Of a stretch of 64,000 nucleotides of DNA, positions 1 through 13,210 are shown piece by piece; position 1 is the first letter of the stretch; each line of letters begins with the position of its first letter. The DNA is taken from assembly GCA_964016885.1 (NCBI GenBank), contig OZ024741.1:66340001-66404000 (forward strand), in the 5' to 3' direction. Under the pieces are notes generated by a model. The model saw only the letters and a program-made list of their open reading frames with translations, did no database searches and had not been told where the DNA came from. A program made the position numbers and the translations under genes. This stretch comes from Eledone cirrhosa. Its lineage: Eukaryota.

Positions 1-769
1 ATTCAACAACAAGCGATAAATCTTTTTTAAAACCTCTTTTCCAAACGCATACAAACACACACTCACTTCAACAACAACAACAATCTGCCTTTTATAGATA
101 ATGATAAACAATAATATCCACTATGAGGTCACTAAACCTGCTAGAAACAGCAGCTAACTCTCCCCCATACCACACCCCTCACTACTGTCTTAAATTTAGA
201 AAACATATCTTCTATGAGGTCACTAAACCTGCTAGAAACAGCAGCTAACTCTCCCCCATATCACACCACTCCCTACTGTCTTAAATTTAGAAAACATATC
301 TTCTATGAGGTCACTAAACCTGCTAGAAACAGCAGCTAACTCTCCCCCATATTACACCACTCCCTACTGTCTTAAATTTAGAAAACACATATCCTCTATG
401 AGGTCACTAAACCTGCTAGAAACAACAGCTAACTCTCCCTCATATCACAACCCTCCCTACTATCTTAAATTTAGAAAACACACAGACAACCATGCAGAAC
501 AACTCCATCGCAGCTCTGTTGTTCGGCTGGCATCGTCTACGCGCGTGTTGCGCAAGTACTGTGAAACAATAAATTTCAACACTTTTTTGCACACAGATAA
601 TATCCATAGGTGAAACTACAATTGTCACTGCTGGCGCAGCTCCTGTTTCCAGGTCTGCAATTCATTCACCCAGTGCCTGGCAGACAAAAAAGTGCTGCCA
701 TAAAATGGGTGGTGCAACCTAACTTTGGTAACTTAATGACCCCGAGAAACGCCGGGCTTTAATGCTAGT
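1..769 (+). mobile_element. Non-autonomous Helitron-like element, 3' part
   Basis: Subterminal GC hairpin cccg-agaaacgc-cggg (741-756), then CTAG (765-768) and T, the usual Helitron 3' signature. It carries an internal minisatellite. The 5' end is not identified. Confidence 0.6.
121..482 (+). repeat. Tandem repeat, 4 units of about 91 bp
   Basis: Units starting ctatgaggtcactaaacctgctagaaac at 121, 212, 303 and 396. Confidence 0.95.
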
Positions 770-1339
770 CTATAATATTGGTGATTATAGAGGAGTATTC
801 CAATATTATTTTTGGTAAGGTAAGAGAAGCTCTATCCTCAATCCATCAGTTTAAAAAAGAAGAAAAAGTCAACGAAAGGTATGACCTTGAGCCAATCTTC
901 TGCGAAACGTGCATAACAAGTTGATACACAATAATAATCTAATACATGTAAACGAAACTTCCTCGTTTTTTTTCTGATATATATATAAGAAAAAAACGAC
1001 CATTCTTTAATGTCTATGTCCGTTGTTAACCTTGATCTTTTATCATATCGAATATTAATGCTCTGCTACCTAAACTGTCCCCAACGAGAACTTTAACTTT
1101 AACTTTCGATGACTTTTTCGTCTATTTTAAACTGATGATTTTAGTGTGCATAGAGCTTCCCTCACCTTACCAAAATTAATATATATATATATATATATAT
1201 ACATGTGTGTGCATGTATGTACCCGTAACTCTTGATGGAATCGAAGGGGCGTTGTCGTGACATTAGGCAAAGCTCATCCCTCTCCAAATATGAACACAGC
1301 CAGAGAAGGGGAGAGATGAAGTGAGAAAGAGATACGGCG

Positions 1340-1485
1340 GGATGAATCGACTGGCATTTTTTAAATCAACTTCGAAAGGAAAAAATGCAAAGTTGACCTT
1401 GGTGGAATTTGAACTTAGAGAGTGCCGGAACGAATACCGCAAAGCAATTTAACCGACGTTCTAACGACTCCGTCAATTCACCACT
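1340..1485 (-). mobile_element. Diverged copy of SINE family 1
   Basis: gcaaagttgaccttggtggaatttgaactt and tctaacgactccgtcaattcacc resemble the reverse complement of the SINE head. Confidence 0.6.
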
Positions 1486-2009
1486 TTAACACTTCTCAAT
1501 GATGTTAAGTCGGAAAAAAGGGGAACATTCTAAATCTATAAGTACGGTTTAACGAGGGATCACTATACACCCCAACCATACATTGTGAATAATTGTTTTC
1601 TTTTATAGAATTATTAACTGATAGCAACAAACATTAAACTACATTTTAAAACTACGACAGGTTACGTTGACACGAGATTTTAGCAGTAAAAAATTAGAAA
1701 CAACGATCAGGACATTTGTCACCGATTGTGTGGCGGTTTGCGTCTCTTTCGCTGCAGGTCAGGCATCGAACTGGCTGATAATCATTTCGTGTTTTAGACA
1801 CATCCCAGTTTCCATGTTTAATATATCTAAGACAACATTATCTAACTTGTCTTTAGATATATCTAAAGGCGGTAGGGTGTGATTTGAAAGACATTTGACA
1901 GCTATTTCTAGCAAATTCAGTGGTCACGTAGAAGTTCACTCACCGGCTTGTGCGTGGCACTGTTTTGTCACGGTGTTGATATACATATATATATATATGT
2001 ATGTGTGTG

Positions 2010-3140
2010 TATGTGAAAAGAAAAGGAACGAGGAACTAAAAGTCAAGGTCGAATGAAAGAGAGACAAATGAAGAGAAGAATTACACAAAAAGAATGAACA
2101 AAGTTTTTACAGACAATAAAAAAAAGAAATAAAGATTAAAAAATAAAAAAGGGCGATAGACAGAGAAGGAGTAACTAAAAAGTATGAGGCGATAGAGGAA
2201 AGAAAGAAAAAGCAATAAAAAAAACGAGGAGTCGAAGGAGCAAAGTTAATCCAAATATCGAGGAAAGAGATTAGAGAAATAAAAGAAGAGAATGAAAAGG
2301 GGAAACATCGAAATAAAGAATGTTAGAACGAGGAAGGAGAAATTACTGAAAGAACAAAAACCATAAAAATAGAGAAAAGAGTTTAAAAGATTGATAAAAA
2401 TATAGAGAGGGGTGGGGGATGGAAATAAAATAGTGAAATCGGTAAAAATAACAGAAATTATGTATAAGAGAGAAGAGAAAAAGGGAAAAGTATGAAAAAC
2501 AACCGTATTTTACGCTGTCTCCACCTCACAGTTTGTTATTAAAAACTACGTATGTTGAAGACATTTGCGAAAGAGAGATGAGAAGTAAATATAGAACAGG
2601 TGGGCCAAAAGGAAAAAAACACGGAAAAAAGAAAGTAAAATGCAAGGAAAGAAGGACAACGAGAGAGAAATATGCGTGTCTAAGTAAATGAGAGAGTGAA
2701 TACAAAATGAGAATGAACGAGTAAGAGAGAACATGTGAAAGAGAGTGAACGGGAGTGATAAAGTTTGTATAAAAGTGACGAAGCATGATACGAAAAAAAA
2801 AAGGAGAGAGAAAAAGAAAAGGAAGAGAGAAAGAAAGAAAGTGAGTGAGCGAGTAGGTGAGTGCGTTTATGTGGCAAAATCAGAGTGATTGATAAGAGTG
2901 AAAGAGAAAAAAGGGAGGAAGGAGAGATAGAGAAGAACAAGAGAAGGGGAGGGGGTAAAGAGATGTAAATAGAGAGTAAGAAATAGCAAAACAAGCATGA
3001 GTGAAAGGGAGAGGTGGATAAAAGAAAGACAGAAAAGTTAGTAAAACGTGTGCATGAGAGATAGAAAAACAGAAATATAGATAGATAAAGAGAGACGAAA
3101 AGAGAGCAGTTATGTAGGGGCAGAAAGAAAGTAATCACAG
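2010..3140. repeat. Purine-rich (A/G) low-complexity tract
   Basis: About 1.1 kb dominated by A and G on the + strand. The F/L/S-rich ORFs on the - strand are compositional artefacts. Confidence 0.8.
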
Positions 3141-3546
3141 TGTACAGAGAAAATGTTAAATCGACAAGTATGTTGGAAAACTTTTATCGAAAATTAACTA
3201 GAAACAGACAATCACTACAAAAATGCATAACTGAAATGTAAGTATTTTATTCGTAAACGCCACTTAACAGAAATATAGACAAACGATAAATTGATTAACT
3301 CTTGAAACTATTTTCAAAGCCAAGTTTTCTTTTTAATGATTTTTTTTATTAGTCAAGCTGTTTGATATCTATTTCTCAATACCTGTTTGTCTATCGAGTT
3401 AGCTGAATCTGTTTAACTATATATATATATAAATAAATTTGTATCGATACACACACGCATGCTTGCACTCACACACACATCTCTCCCTCACTCTCTCTCT
3501 CTCTCTATATATATACACACACACACACACACATATATATATATCC

Positions 3547-3735
3547 TTCTTCGTCCACTTATTCCTGTGAGGGTCGTGGGAAGAAGAGTCCTTAAACACT
3601 CCTTCCAGCGGATCCTGTCATAAACAACCATCTCCAACTGATCCAGCTGGATCCCCAAGCGAGACCAGCCAAGCCCAGCTCATGGTTGTTATCCAACCAT
3701 CTTGCTCTGTGTCTCCTGCCGGTTGGTTTTCCTCG
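3547..3735 (-). mobile_element. RTE-like LINE 3' fragment
   Basis: The - strand reads RGKPTGRRHRARWLD and, in another frame, EMVVYDRIRWKE. These resemble the RGRP..RW.D and DR..WR C-terminal motifs of RTE ORF2. Confidence 0.55.
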
Positions 3736-4166
3736 TAATATATGTATATATAGTAATAATAAATACAAGACCCAAATCCAAAGAGGACTCGATAAGGGTT
3801 ACACACATACATATAGAGTAATTTTTAGCGATTGGTAGATTCCTAGTAAAGCAACTTAAAATAAGACTGCCTCACCATTAATCTCGCCCTTACTATATAT
3901 ATATATAAATACATTATCGGAGAAAGCTAATAGCGATACTCCGGCCAAATCCCAACTCACTCAAATATATATATATACACACCTAATTATCCTATAGATT
4001 TACCGAATTTATTCTTTCTTTAACGCTGTCTGTCTCTCTCCCTTTCTTTCTCGTTCTCTCCCCACACTCGTTTTACATATATATAATACATTTCAATTGA
4101 TATGTGTGTGTGTTACCTACTTGTTATCCACATTCTATTTATTCTTTCTTTTTCATTCGACAGTAT

Positions 4167-5846
4167 ATGATAATGTCTTCTGCATCGTCCTTGTCTGCTA
4201 CATCGCCCTCGCCTTCTTCCTCACATTGTTCTTTCTGCAATCATTCTTCCACAACCTGCCCACCAGGTGCGTGTAACCACACGGCGGAGAAATCTGAGGA
4301 TTATAAAGATCGGGAGGAATACGAAATAATCGACAGCAAATTCATTTGTTCAGTACATTCCAAAAGGTTTTGCGAATTTTGTACTTGTTGCAAGACCTTG
4401 TGTTGCAAAACTTGTTTGTCAGAGTTGCACTTAAGATGCAATAAAACATTTATATCGATTGATGCTGCTGCAAGCCAAATACAGAAAGAGCTTTTGTCTC
4501 ACAAAACCGATTTGGGAGATTTCAAGTCACGTATCGTGAAATACATGCTGACCATAAACGATATCCAACAAAAAAAAGACACACAGAAAGATGAAGTGAA
4601 GAAAAGTTACAATGATATTTTCCATAAGATCGTCAAGGCAATTGACTCAAAAAGACAAGAGCTTCTGGAAATCATCCAAAAAGATTTGGACGATTCTAAA
4701 TTGATAAAGCATTTAGAACGCAAGTGTAACCGAGAACTGAAGTACATATCAGAACAAATGGACTTGATTGACAATACGCTTGAAGATCAAGAAAGCAAGG
4801 AAATATTCTTCAATAGATATTTCAAATGTAATATTTCAAGAGATTTGAAGACAGTTTTGCAAGAAATTGAACATTTGATGAGTGACTGTAGTGTTTACCA
4901 ATTGAGTCAAAAGAAATCGAAAGTTTTTGATTTGCTTATACAAGATTTTGTATCGAAACTGTGTCTACCTGAAACACATAACAACAGCTCAGAAGACGAT
5001 GAAAGGCAACAGTTGTTATCTTTAGTTATGTATTTGAAACCTCAACGAATTTTTAAAATTTCTACAACCACAGAACATGAAAGGATCAACAAAAAATATC
5101 TCAATGATATGGTTGTATTTAAGGATGGTTGCATTGTTCTGACAGATAGCTTTAATAATAAAGTGAAACTATTCTCTAGTTCTGGTCATTTGGTCAGCGA
5201 ATGTATCTTAGAATTTTGGCCATTCGGTGTGTGCATATGGGATGAAGACATGTTCATTGTTAGTTTGCCCAGTGTACGAAAGATCTGCTTTGTAAACCAC
5301 TTATGCCCAATGTCGGTGAGTCATTACATTGTGACAAAATGGTCTTACTATTGCCTTGCAAAATTGGACAGCGCCCATCTTGTGTGTACACACTGCATCA
5401 CATCTAAAATTGATATTGTTTGCTTAAATGGCTCTTCGTTAATACTGTTGCGTACCATCGAACCTGATATACTAGGAGAAATCGGTAACAGTGTGTGCTA
5501 TGTTGCCGTAACACCAAGTGGTAACATAGTTGTATCTGACCATCTTAACGAATGTCTTAGTTGCTATGGCCAGGATGGCAGTTTTAAGTTTAGTGTGAAA
5601 TACATTGGGCAAAACCCACTTGATGGACCAGCTGGTGTCTGTGTAGACAATCACTTCATTTATCTATCGGAAATGGGCCAGTCACGTGTGTTGCGTTTAA
5701 CTTTTAAGGGCATGCTTAGTGGAGTGCTTATACCCAAAGAACGAAACCTCATTCGACCAAAAGCTATTAGCGTCGGTCCGAAAAGAACGATTGCCATTTC
5801 GAACTTTACACGTCAACATTCTTTCATACAGGTCTTCCAAATTTAA
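4167..5846 (+). CDS. RING-less TRIM-like protein (B-box, coiled coil, NHL beta-propeller), single coding exon
   Basis: Uninterrupted 580-codon frame (4104-5846). B-box-like CSVH-x7-CTCC-x4-CKTC-x4-HLRC, then a helical coiled-coil region, then NHL-like blades (IVLTDSFNNKVKLF, VAVTPSGNIVVSD, GPAGVCVD, RPKAISV). A polypyrimidine tract plus CAG (4161-4163) just before ATG 4167 suggests a splice acceptor and the true start. Confidence 0.85.
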   Translation: MIMSSASSLSATSPSPSSSHCSFCNHSSTTCPPGACNHTAEKSEDYKDREEYEIIDSKFICSVHSKRFCEFCTCCKTLCCKTCLSELHLRCNKTFISIDAAASQIQKELLSHKTDLGDFKSRIVKYMLTINDIQQKKDTQKDEVKKSYNDIFHKIVKAIDSKRQELLEIIQKDLDDSKLIKHLERKCNRELKYISEQMDLIDNTLEDQESKEIFFNRYFKCNISRDLKTVLQEIEHLMSDCSVYQLSQKKSKVFDLLIQDFVSKLCLPETHNNSSEDDERQQLLSLVMYLKPQRIFKISTTTEHERINKKYLNDMVVFKDGCIVLTDSFNNKVKLFSSSGHLVSECILEFWPFGVCIWDEDMFIVSLPSVRKICFVNHLCPMSVSHYIVTKWSYYCLAKLDSAHLVCTHCITSKIDIVCLNGSSLILLRTIEPDILGEIGNSVCYVAVTPSGNIVVSDHLNECLSCYGQDGSFKFSVKYIGQNPLDGPAGVCVDNHFIYLSEMGQSRVLRLTFKGMLSGVLIPKERNLIRPKAISVGPKRTIAISNFTRQHSFIQVFQI

Positions 5847-5885
5847 TCAAAATCTAGTTTTTGTCTAGTTTTTGAAAGTCTAATG

Positions 5886-5940
<55 letters not shown>

Positions 5941-5943
<3 letters not shown>

Positions 5944-6033
5944 GATGTCCCCCAAAAATGTACACATCAATAACATTCTAATAAATATTGTCTGTACAAG
6001 TAATCAAACTGTGTATACTTTTTTTGGGACACC

Positions 6034-6037
<4 letters not shown>
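5941..6037. mobile_element. Tc1/mariner-type MITE
   Basis: TIRs caggatgtcccccaaaaa and tttttgggacaccctg, embedded in TA repeats. Related copies lie at 19154-19230 and 24685-24762. Confidence 0.75.
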
Positions 6038-6071
<34 letters not shown>

Positions 6072-6129
6072 ATATATATATGGAATTTCTACAGTGCAAA
6101 GACTGGAAATATATATATATATATGTGTG

Positions 6130-8496
6130 TGTAGTGAAAGGAATGTTTTCCCACAGTGTTTTTTTCCCTTGTGGACATGATCATGAAATGAGTGACTTGC
6201 AACCTCGCAGGGAAGACAATAGATACATTTCCCTGATGGAAGGCTATACGGCAGCAGCTGTATGAAGGAGAACATTTTCTAGGGCCATCTGTTGTCAGTT
6301 AAATAGCTAGTGGTCATTATAAATAGGTTGTCATGTGGCCCTAGTATCACTCAGTTCACTGCCATTTCACCTTTACAACACAGCTTGTCCATATAACAGT
6401 TTACTATTACTTCTGCTGGCACATACTGTCTGACTACAACTTGTCACTTTTTAAGAGAACATCCCAGGTAAATAAAGAGACTCTCACTCAACACAAACCT
6501 TATTAAACACTATAAGCAACAATTGTATTTACAATTTATTATACATCTCGTTTAATATCATCGTCATGGAATATCTGAACTGTATAATAATGTTTGTGTC
6601 TTCATATATTAAGCAGTATCATCTGGACGACATAATTTCCTAGAAATGACTATGGTAGAAGGCTCCAGACTCAACAGCTCAGACTCCAGACTCAGTCAGT
6701 CTCTTGGTTAGTACCCATATCTACCCACTTCATGGTCCCCATGCTAGTGACTTTGCTATTTGCCACCATGTTGTGAAACATTTCAGTTGTTTACTTTAGA
6801 GCCCTGTCCACATTCAATCGGTCTGTTGTAGCAGCTTGGATGTGTGGATTGTTCTTCAATGACTCTAGCATTCCTTCTGTGATTGTACGTTGTCTGAACC
6901 TGGCAAAGGCACAGTTGCAACTCTCAGGGTTGACATTACTCTTCAGCAGCTCTGACATGTAGTACTTGACATTTTTGTACTGTATGTGTTCTTGATGGCT
7001 ACTACTCGCACTAGTGTCTTTTGGGGTTTAATGTTTTTAAACCCTTCAAAGAATTTTGACAGCTCTTCCCTCCTGTGCCATGTTTTATAATTAATGACAG
7101 TACACAACACTCCTCAAAGACGGTACCCAGTTGTGCATGATAAACCAGCTCCCCATTTGACATGGCATCAGTTGCATCTCCCATGATCATGCATAGGGTT
7201 TGTAAGTGGTTGGCTTTCCTCACTGACTCAAGACTAGTGGATCCACTGAGGCAGTGGTGTCGGCCTCCTTTGGTTTCTCGTGGTAACTAGTCCAGTTACG
7301 GCAGCAAGAAGAGCTAGCACCACCTTCACTTCTATAGGTTTTCTGGTTTTGAGCAGTTCTAGAGAATCTGCACAACCAAGGTGAGCATAAGACCTTTTTA
7401 GGGCATTGACTAGTTTGTCTGCGTATTTATCATTCCTTGCTTGAGCTAGCTTTATGGCTCCTCCCATTGACTGAGTTAGTGAGTTTTGAGTGGAGCCAAG
7501 AGACCTCCTCACATTAAATCTTATACTTCGAGTCCACTCCGAACTGACTAATAGGAGTCACTCTATCCTTCGCTCCTTCTTTTGAGTACATAATGTTATC
7601 AGGCGATATCTTTAGCTCAGTCATTCACTCAGCAAACAACGTCTACAGAGTCTGTGCTGTTTTTGCCCACTGAGGGTGATCTCCATATCTCTTTGGCGCT
7701 CATGGTACATGTGCGTAGTGCATGGCATTGGTCATTTCTTTCTCAACCTCTCCAGGGGTGAATATGAACGTTGAACCCCTGATTTCCAACCTAGCATGGT
7801 CCTTGATGAGTTTTGTCCATCGTCCTCTATCCCCCCCCCCCCCCTCCACCTAAATTCTTGCTTATGCCTAAAGGCATTGTGCCAACTGTTTACCTGCCTG
7901 GCTACTGAGATTGTGTGGTGGAGGTAAAATATGTCGTTCATCACAGCCAGTGCAGTATTGTTTGAGGTGCTCATTGCTTAGCTCTATTGTCACAGAATTG
8001 GGTAGTCAAATTAACTTGACATATGCAAAAGCAAACAGGTGTTGAATGTATTTCACATCTCTATCACTTTTGTCAGTAATCACTCAGTTTGTCCCTTTAC
8101 CCTGTGTCGATTTTATCCTTTTTGTTGGTGGTTCTTTCCTCGGGATCCTCTCTTGCACTTTTGTGCTAGACATAGGGCTAGTGGTGGTGTCTTCTACTAT
8201 CATCTCTTGATCTTCTTTACTGGTTGACATAATGAAATGCACTGTTTTTTAACTGTTATATGGACAAGCTGTGTTGTAAAGGTGAAGTGGCATTGAACTG
8301 AGTGATACTAGGGCCACCCGACAGCTTATTTATAATGACTGCTAATTACTTAACAGAAACAGATGGCCCTAGAAAATGTTCTCCTTCTTACAATATAAAT
8401 CCTTCCATCAGGGAAATTTATGTATTGTCTTTCCTGCAAGGACGTAGGTCACTCCGTAAGAGAAAAAACACAGTGGGGAAACATTTCTTTCGCTGC

Positions 8497-8497
<1 letters not shown>
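6130..8497. mobile_element. DNA transposon with long (about 250-270 bp) terminal inverted repeats and a decayed interior
   Basis: 6130-6402 is the imperfect reverse complement of 8250-8497 (e.g. gagaacattttctagggccatctgtt / aacagatggccctagaaaatgttctc). Termini are TGTAGTGAAAG...CTTTCGCTGCA. Confidence 0.8.
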
Positions 8498-8530
<33 letters not shown>

Positions 8531-8538
<8 letters not shown>

Positions 8539-8769
8539 TAAAATAACACATTAACGTTTAAGCAAAGAATCGGTGCTTTTACCCTTAACGGGATCTTCTG
8601 AAACGGGAGTTTCAGAAGATCCCGTTAAGGGTGAAAGCAGCGATTCTTTGCTTAAACTTTAATCTGTTATTTTAATAAATATTTGCTCTACGGTTCTTAT
8701 ATATTTGATATATATTTATCCTTATCGAACCCTCTTTGGATTTTAGTCTTCAAATTTATTATTATTACT
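8531..8769. mobile_element. Fold-back Penelope-like remnant in (TA)n
   Basis: Arms of about 70 bp (8531-8682) around a 4-nt loop, with a degenerate hammerhead-like CAGAAGA-tccc..ggg-tGAAA. The unpaired tail (8718-8768) matches the reverse complement of 3751-3800. Confidence 0.65.
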
Positions 8770-8986
8770 ATATATATCACCTTGATCACCTTAACCGACC
8801 AGTCTGTCGGGCGCCACTGGTCACAGCACGTCGTGCTGTTTTAGCCATAAGATAACGCCATCTCACTGGCTGGGCAGGCAGGCTGACTATATATATATAT
8901 ATAATATATGTGTGTATATATATATATATATAATATAATATGTGTATATATATATATATATGATATAATATAATATATATACATAT

Positions 8987-9020
<34 letters not shown>

Positions 9021-9842
9021 CATTTATATATATATATATATATACATTTATATATAATATAGTATATGTGTATATATATATATATAATATAATATGATAT
9101 ATATATATATGATGAGTGTGTCTGTGCATCACTCATTTTAGTTATATATTTAAAAAAATCATAATAAATGTAGTAAAACATTATCCATGGTTCAATTTAA
9201 CCATACAAATCACACCAGGCATGGCATGTATGGTGACTTTATCTACAGCTTGCCATGTTGTACACTTGTGATTACCGCTGCCCTTCGGTTATCAACAAGT
9301 GCACACATTCATACACATAAATATACACACATACATACAGATAGACAAATATATACATACAAACACATATATTCATACATGCATGCACACACACACATAC
9401 ATACATACTTACATATATATACACATATATACATGCACACACACACATACACATACATACATGTATACATAAACATGAAGGTGCATATAAAATCACTGTA
9501 CATGTCAGGTTTGGTGTGATCTGTGGATGAATTAAAATGTGGACAACACTATGTTTATTATGATAAATCACCAAAAGAAGTTCTGTACAGACAAACAGTA
9601 TTTCAAATCAATGAATAGTTTATTAAATTTACAGTGATTGTTGATGCTTAACAGCAGTGTATTTGTATCAGATTGTAATCACAGTCAGATTAAGCTAATT
9701 CAAGTCCTGTAAGCATATATTTTTTATTAAATTACATATTTATGTTCATTTTAATTAACTTATATATGAATTCATTTCATAGAATTGATCATAAAGAAGT
9801 ATTATTTTCACTTGATTGCCATCTACTGGAAGCAGTATTTAT

Positions 9843-10228
9843 AATAATTGTTTCTACTTTTGGTACAAGGCCAGCAATTATCCAGTACATTACTGGTACT
9901 TTATTTTATCGACGCGTAAGGATGAAAGGCAAAGTTAACCTCGACAGGATTTGAACTCAGACCGTAAAAGGACGTAACTATGCTGGAAAGCATGGCGTCC
10001 GACCCTCTACCGATACTGCCAATTCACCGCAGTAGTTATAATAATTGTTTCTATGTTAGGCACAAGGCCAGCAATTATCAGTACATTACTGGTACTTTAT
10101 TTTATCAACCCCGTAAGGATGAAAGGCAAAGTTAACTTTGGCGGGATTTGAACTCGGAATGGCAAGGGCCGTAACTCTATATGTCAAAGCATGGCGTCCG
10201 ACCCTCTACCAATACTGCCAATCCAATG
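9843..10228 (-). mobile_element. Two head-to-tail copies of tRNA-derived SINE family 1
   Basis: Each copy has an A-box-like TGGCAGTATCGG, the B-box GAGTTCAAATCC, the body gcctttcatccttac..gataaaataaagtaccagtaatg, and the 3' end ggccttgtg/acc..gtagaaacaattatt. Confidence 0.9.
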
Positions 10229-11831
10229 ATAATAATTCATCATCTAAACTTTACGATAGAATTATAAAACCCAGCACAAGCTTTTAGTAAGATTACTTCA
10301 ATATTTCACGTGAGCAGACTTGTTTATAATACAGGAAATTATGTATTTACCACAGTTCATCCTCTATATTCATTAAAAGAAAGCAAACTGTTGAATCTGT
10401 TTTAACACTTAAGAGGATTCTTTGTTCATTCTTTATCCCACTGATCTTTTAAAATAACTGACAGTTCAGGTGATTTCAACATTTAGAAAAATTATTTCAA
10501 ACAGCTGTTCATTTCTAGGCAATACAACTAAAGCTTTACTTGAGCCAATGAAGGAACCTTTACAATGTGATCACAATTGAAGCTATAAAATCTTGTACCA
10601 ACATGAACAACAAGTGGCTTTCCAAAGCACACTAAATTGTGTCTTTCAAATCATTAGAATATGCTCTTGCAATAAGGGCAGACAATTTCTATATAACATG
10701 TAAATAATTTCAATATATGAAGCACACCAAACATTTTTATTTCTGGTATTTTTTTTCTGTCATTTTGACAAAACAAAATGGTTTGACCACCATGTCCAAA
10801 AATGATTAATTTTTTTTTCATTAAAATTTTTTTTGAGAAGTGGTTTGAGGTTTACGAAGAGTTTTAATTGCACTTTAACCTAAACATTTTGTTTTTGCTG
10901 AGAGACTACTATCATAATGGGCATGATTCTTACAATTTTGACCCCACAATTTAAGAGGCTGATCACATTAAATGTGTGTCTGTTTCTGTCTGAGCACAAA
11001 GTCAGAGTGCACAAGTCATATTTAACTGTTCATCTGTATATTATAAAGTAAAACTGGTTACTTGAAATCGTGTTACCACAAATTGTTTAACCCCAGATGA
11101 ACTGAATAAGCAAACCACTCACAAAAGGGACTGGCAGAGGGCACATGGTACCTGGGTCTGGCTGTTTCCCGTGATCTCGGAAACTGAATATATTGAAGAC
11201 TAACATTCACATTTTGTGAAGAGGGTCCCGAAAGAAACACTGTACCACTTGATAAAATTCCTCTTAGAAACCATGAAGCAGACCTATGATGATCAAAGGC
11301 ATTCCAACTGTGACCATCCAGTCTGCTTTAGATCTATCTCGAACTAAATTATTTAATGTTGATGGGAGAGTTTGGTAAGATATATTGTCAAGAAGTGTAT
11401 AGAATCCAACATTTCGGATCATTGCCACTCATCTGAAAATCTAGAAGAAAAAAAGCAATTTCATCATTTGAATTGTAGACAAATAACCAATTGAAAATTT
11501 CCAACCCATAATTCTGCTTAGTCCAGAACTTCATGCTAGCAACATATAAACAAAAGAGGGTGTGGTCCTGGCTGAAATTGTGATGGGTTGTAAATTTTTT
11601 AAAGTTTAATTGATGCATATATAGCAACAGAAGCCCGAAAAGTTTAAATATGAATTCTACTTTAGACACAAGGTCAGGATTTGAACTCAGAATGCAAAGA
11701 GCCAGAAAAATGATGCTACACATTGTCTGACACTTTAACGACTGTGCCAATTCATTGTTTATATATAATGTAACCTTAAATACTAACCAGAATGCTATAT
11801 GCGCATATTAAATATACATACAGTGATGCAT

Positions 11832-12056
11832 AATAATGGTTTCTGAGTTAGACACAAGACCAACAATTTTTGGGGAAAAGGGAAAGTCAATTAAATCGAC
11901 CCCAGTACATTACTGGTACTTTATTTTATTGACTCCGTACGGATGAAAGGCAAAGCTAACCTTGGCAGGATTTGCATTCAAAACGTAAAGGGCCATACCT
12001 CTATGCTGCTAAGCATGTTGTCCGACACTCTACCGATTCTGCCAATCCACTGCCCT
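11832..12056 (-). mobile_element. SINE family 1, long variant
   Basis: Same head and body, with an extra ggggtcgatttaattgactttccc..ccccaaaaattg segment before the 3' stem-loop. Confidence 0.85.
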
Positions 12057-13030
12057 ACAGTCATGCATATTAATAACATTCATTATTTGTAAAGCTCAAG
12101 TTATATTTTATCAACCTGTTTTGTAATCTGATTGACTTCTCATCTAAAACACGAGTTTAAAAACTAGGGATTTACAGTGGAATTCAATCTGTTTAAGTTT
12201 ACTTCTACTTTAGTTATGGGACTTTGAACCATATTGAATGACAATATACTATTAGTTCCGGGTTTATTGTGGTGTCATTATGAGCTGATACATTATTTTA
12301 TTCAGATTTGTGTGAAGCTATAATAGAATCTCTGTGCATAGTCATTTAGTGGTTAACGAGCTACAATACTGGGGCCTGACATACAGTGGCCCACTTGAGG
12401 AGGGAGCTCCATGAGGTGAGGTGGCTGTTGTAACAGGTGTCTTTCGCCATTCTCTACAGTAGCAATTTTGCTATTTTGTTCACAAGGCACGGCTAAGCTA
12501 CCACTCAGACTAAGGTATAGTGACTGTCCCTCCTCCTCTCTATTTCTTTCACTACTTGATCCTTCTTTCTTTTTCTCTTTTTCATTTTCTTTTTCCCTTT
12601 CTGTTCCCTTTTATAGTGTGTTTTGTTTTTATTAGATACTATTCAATTATTTTTATATGTCAATGACCTTTCATTACTTAGATTTTGTATTTTGAATAAA
12701 TTATATAATGTGCCCTTAAAAAATAAAAAATTAACATTAAATTTCAGAAGTGCTGGCAATGAAAGTTTCTTTGCCAGTATCAGATTTAGATTTAAGCTAT
12801 ATAAAGCTGGGAGATCCCTTGATAAAAAAAAAAAAAAATAAATAAATAACACCAGGACACACTGAAACTGAAAACATATATGCCTTTCAATTACATTAAG
12901 TCCCCCCATGAATTGTGAAACCCTAAACTATAGCATTTTTAGCTTCTACACAAAATATGACACTGAGAACACGTTATGACATCACGTAGAAATTAGGAAA
13001 ACATAAGTATGGACTTTAAACAATGTTTAA

Positions 13031-13210
13031 CCTTTTACCATTTAAACCGGCCAGAATTCTCACCTCTTTCTGTTCAAACCGGCTGTAACTTATGTTAAGG
13101 CATTGTTCTCAAAATAAATATCAAAATCTTGTAGATTTAATATTATGTGAGATAAAGCCTTTCCCACGAAAATACAATAGTATATATAGAGTAATGTAAA
13201 TGCTAAAGGG
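13031..13210. mobile_element. piggyBac-like MITE
   Basis: TTAA on both sides (13027-13030, 13211-13214). Imperfect TIRs ccttttaccattta / taaatgctaaaggg. Confidence 0.7.

Noticed and set aside
121-482. CRISPR-like array or coding repeat (ORF 305-613)
   Set aside because: Whole units are repeated with no unique spacers and there are no cas genes. It is a minisatellite in a Helitron-like element.
9843-10228. Functional tRNA genes
   Set aside because: The A and B boxes lie in multicopy SINE heads with no full cloverleaf and with retroposon tails.
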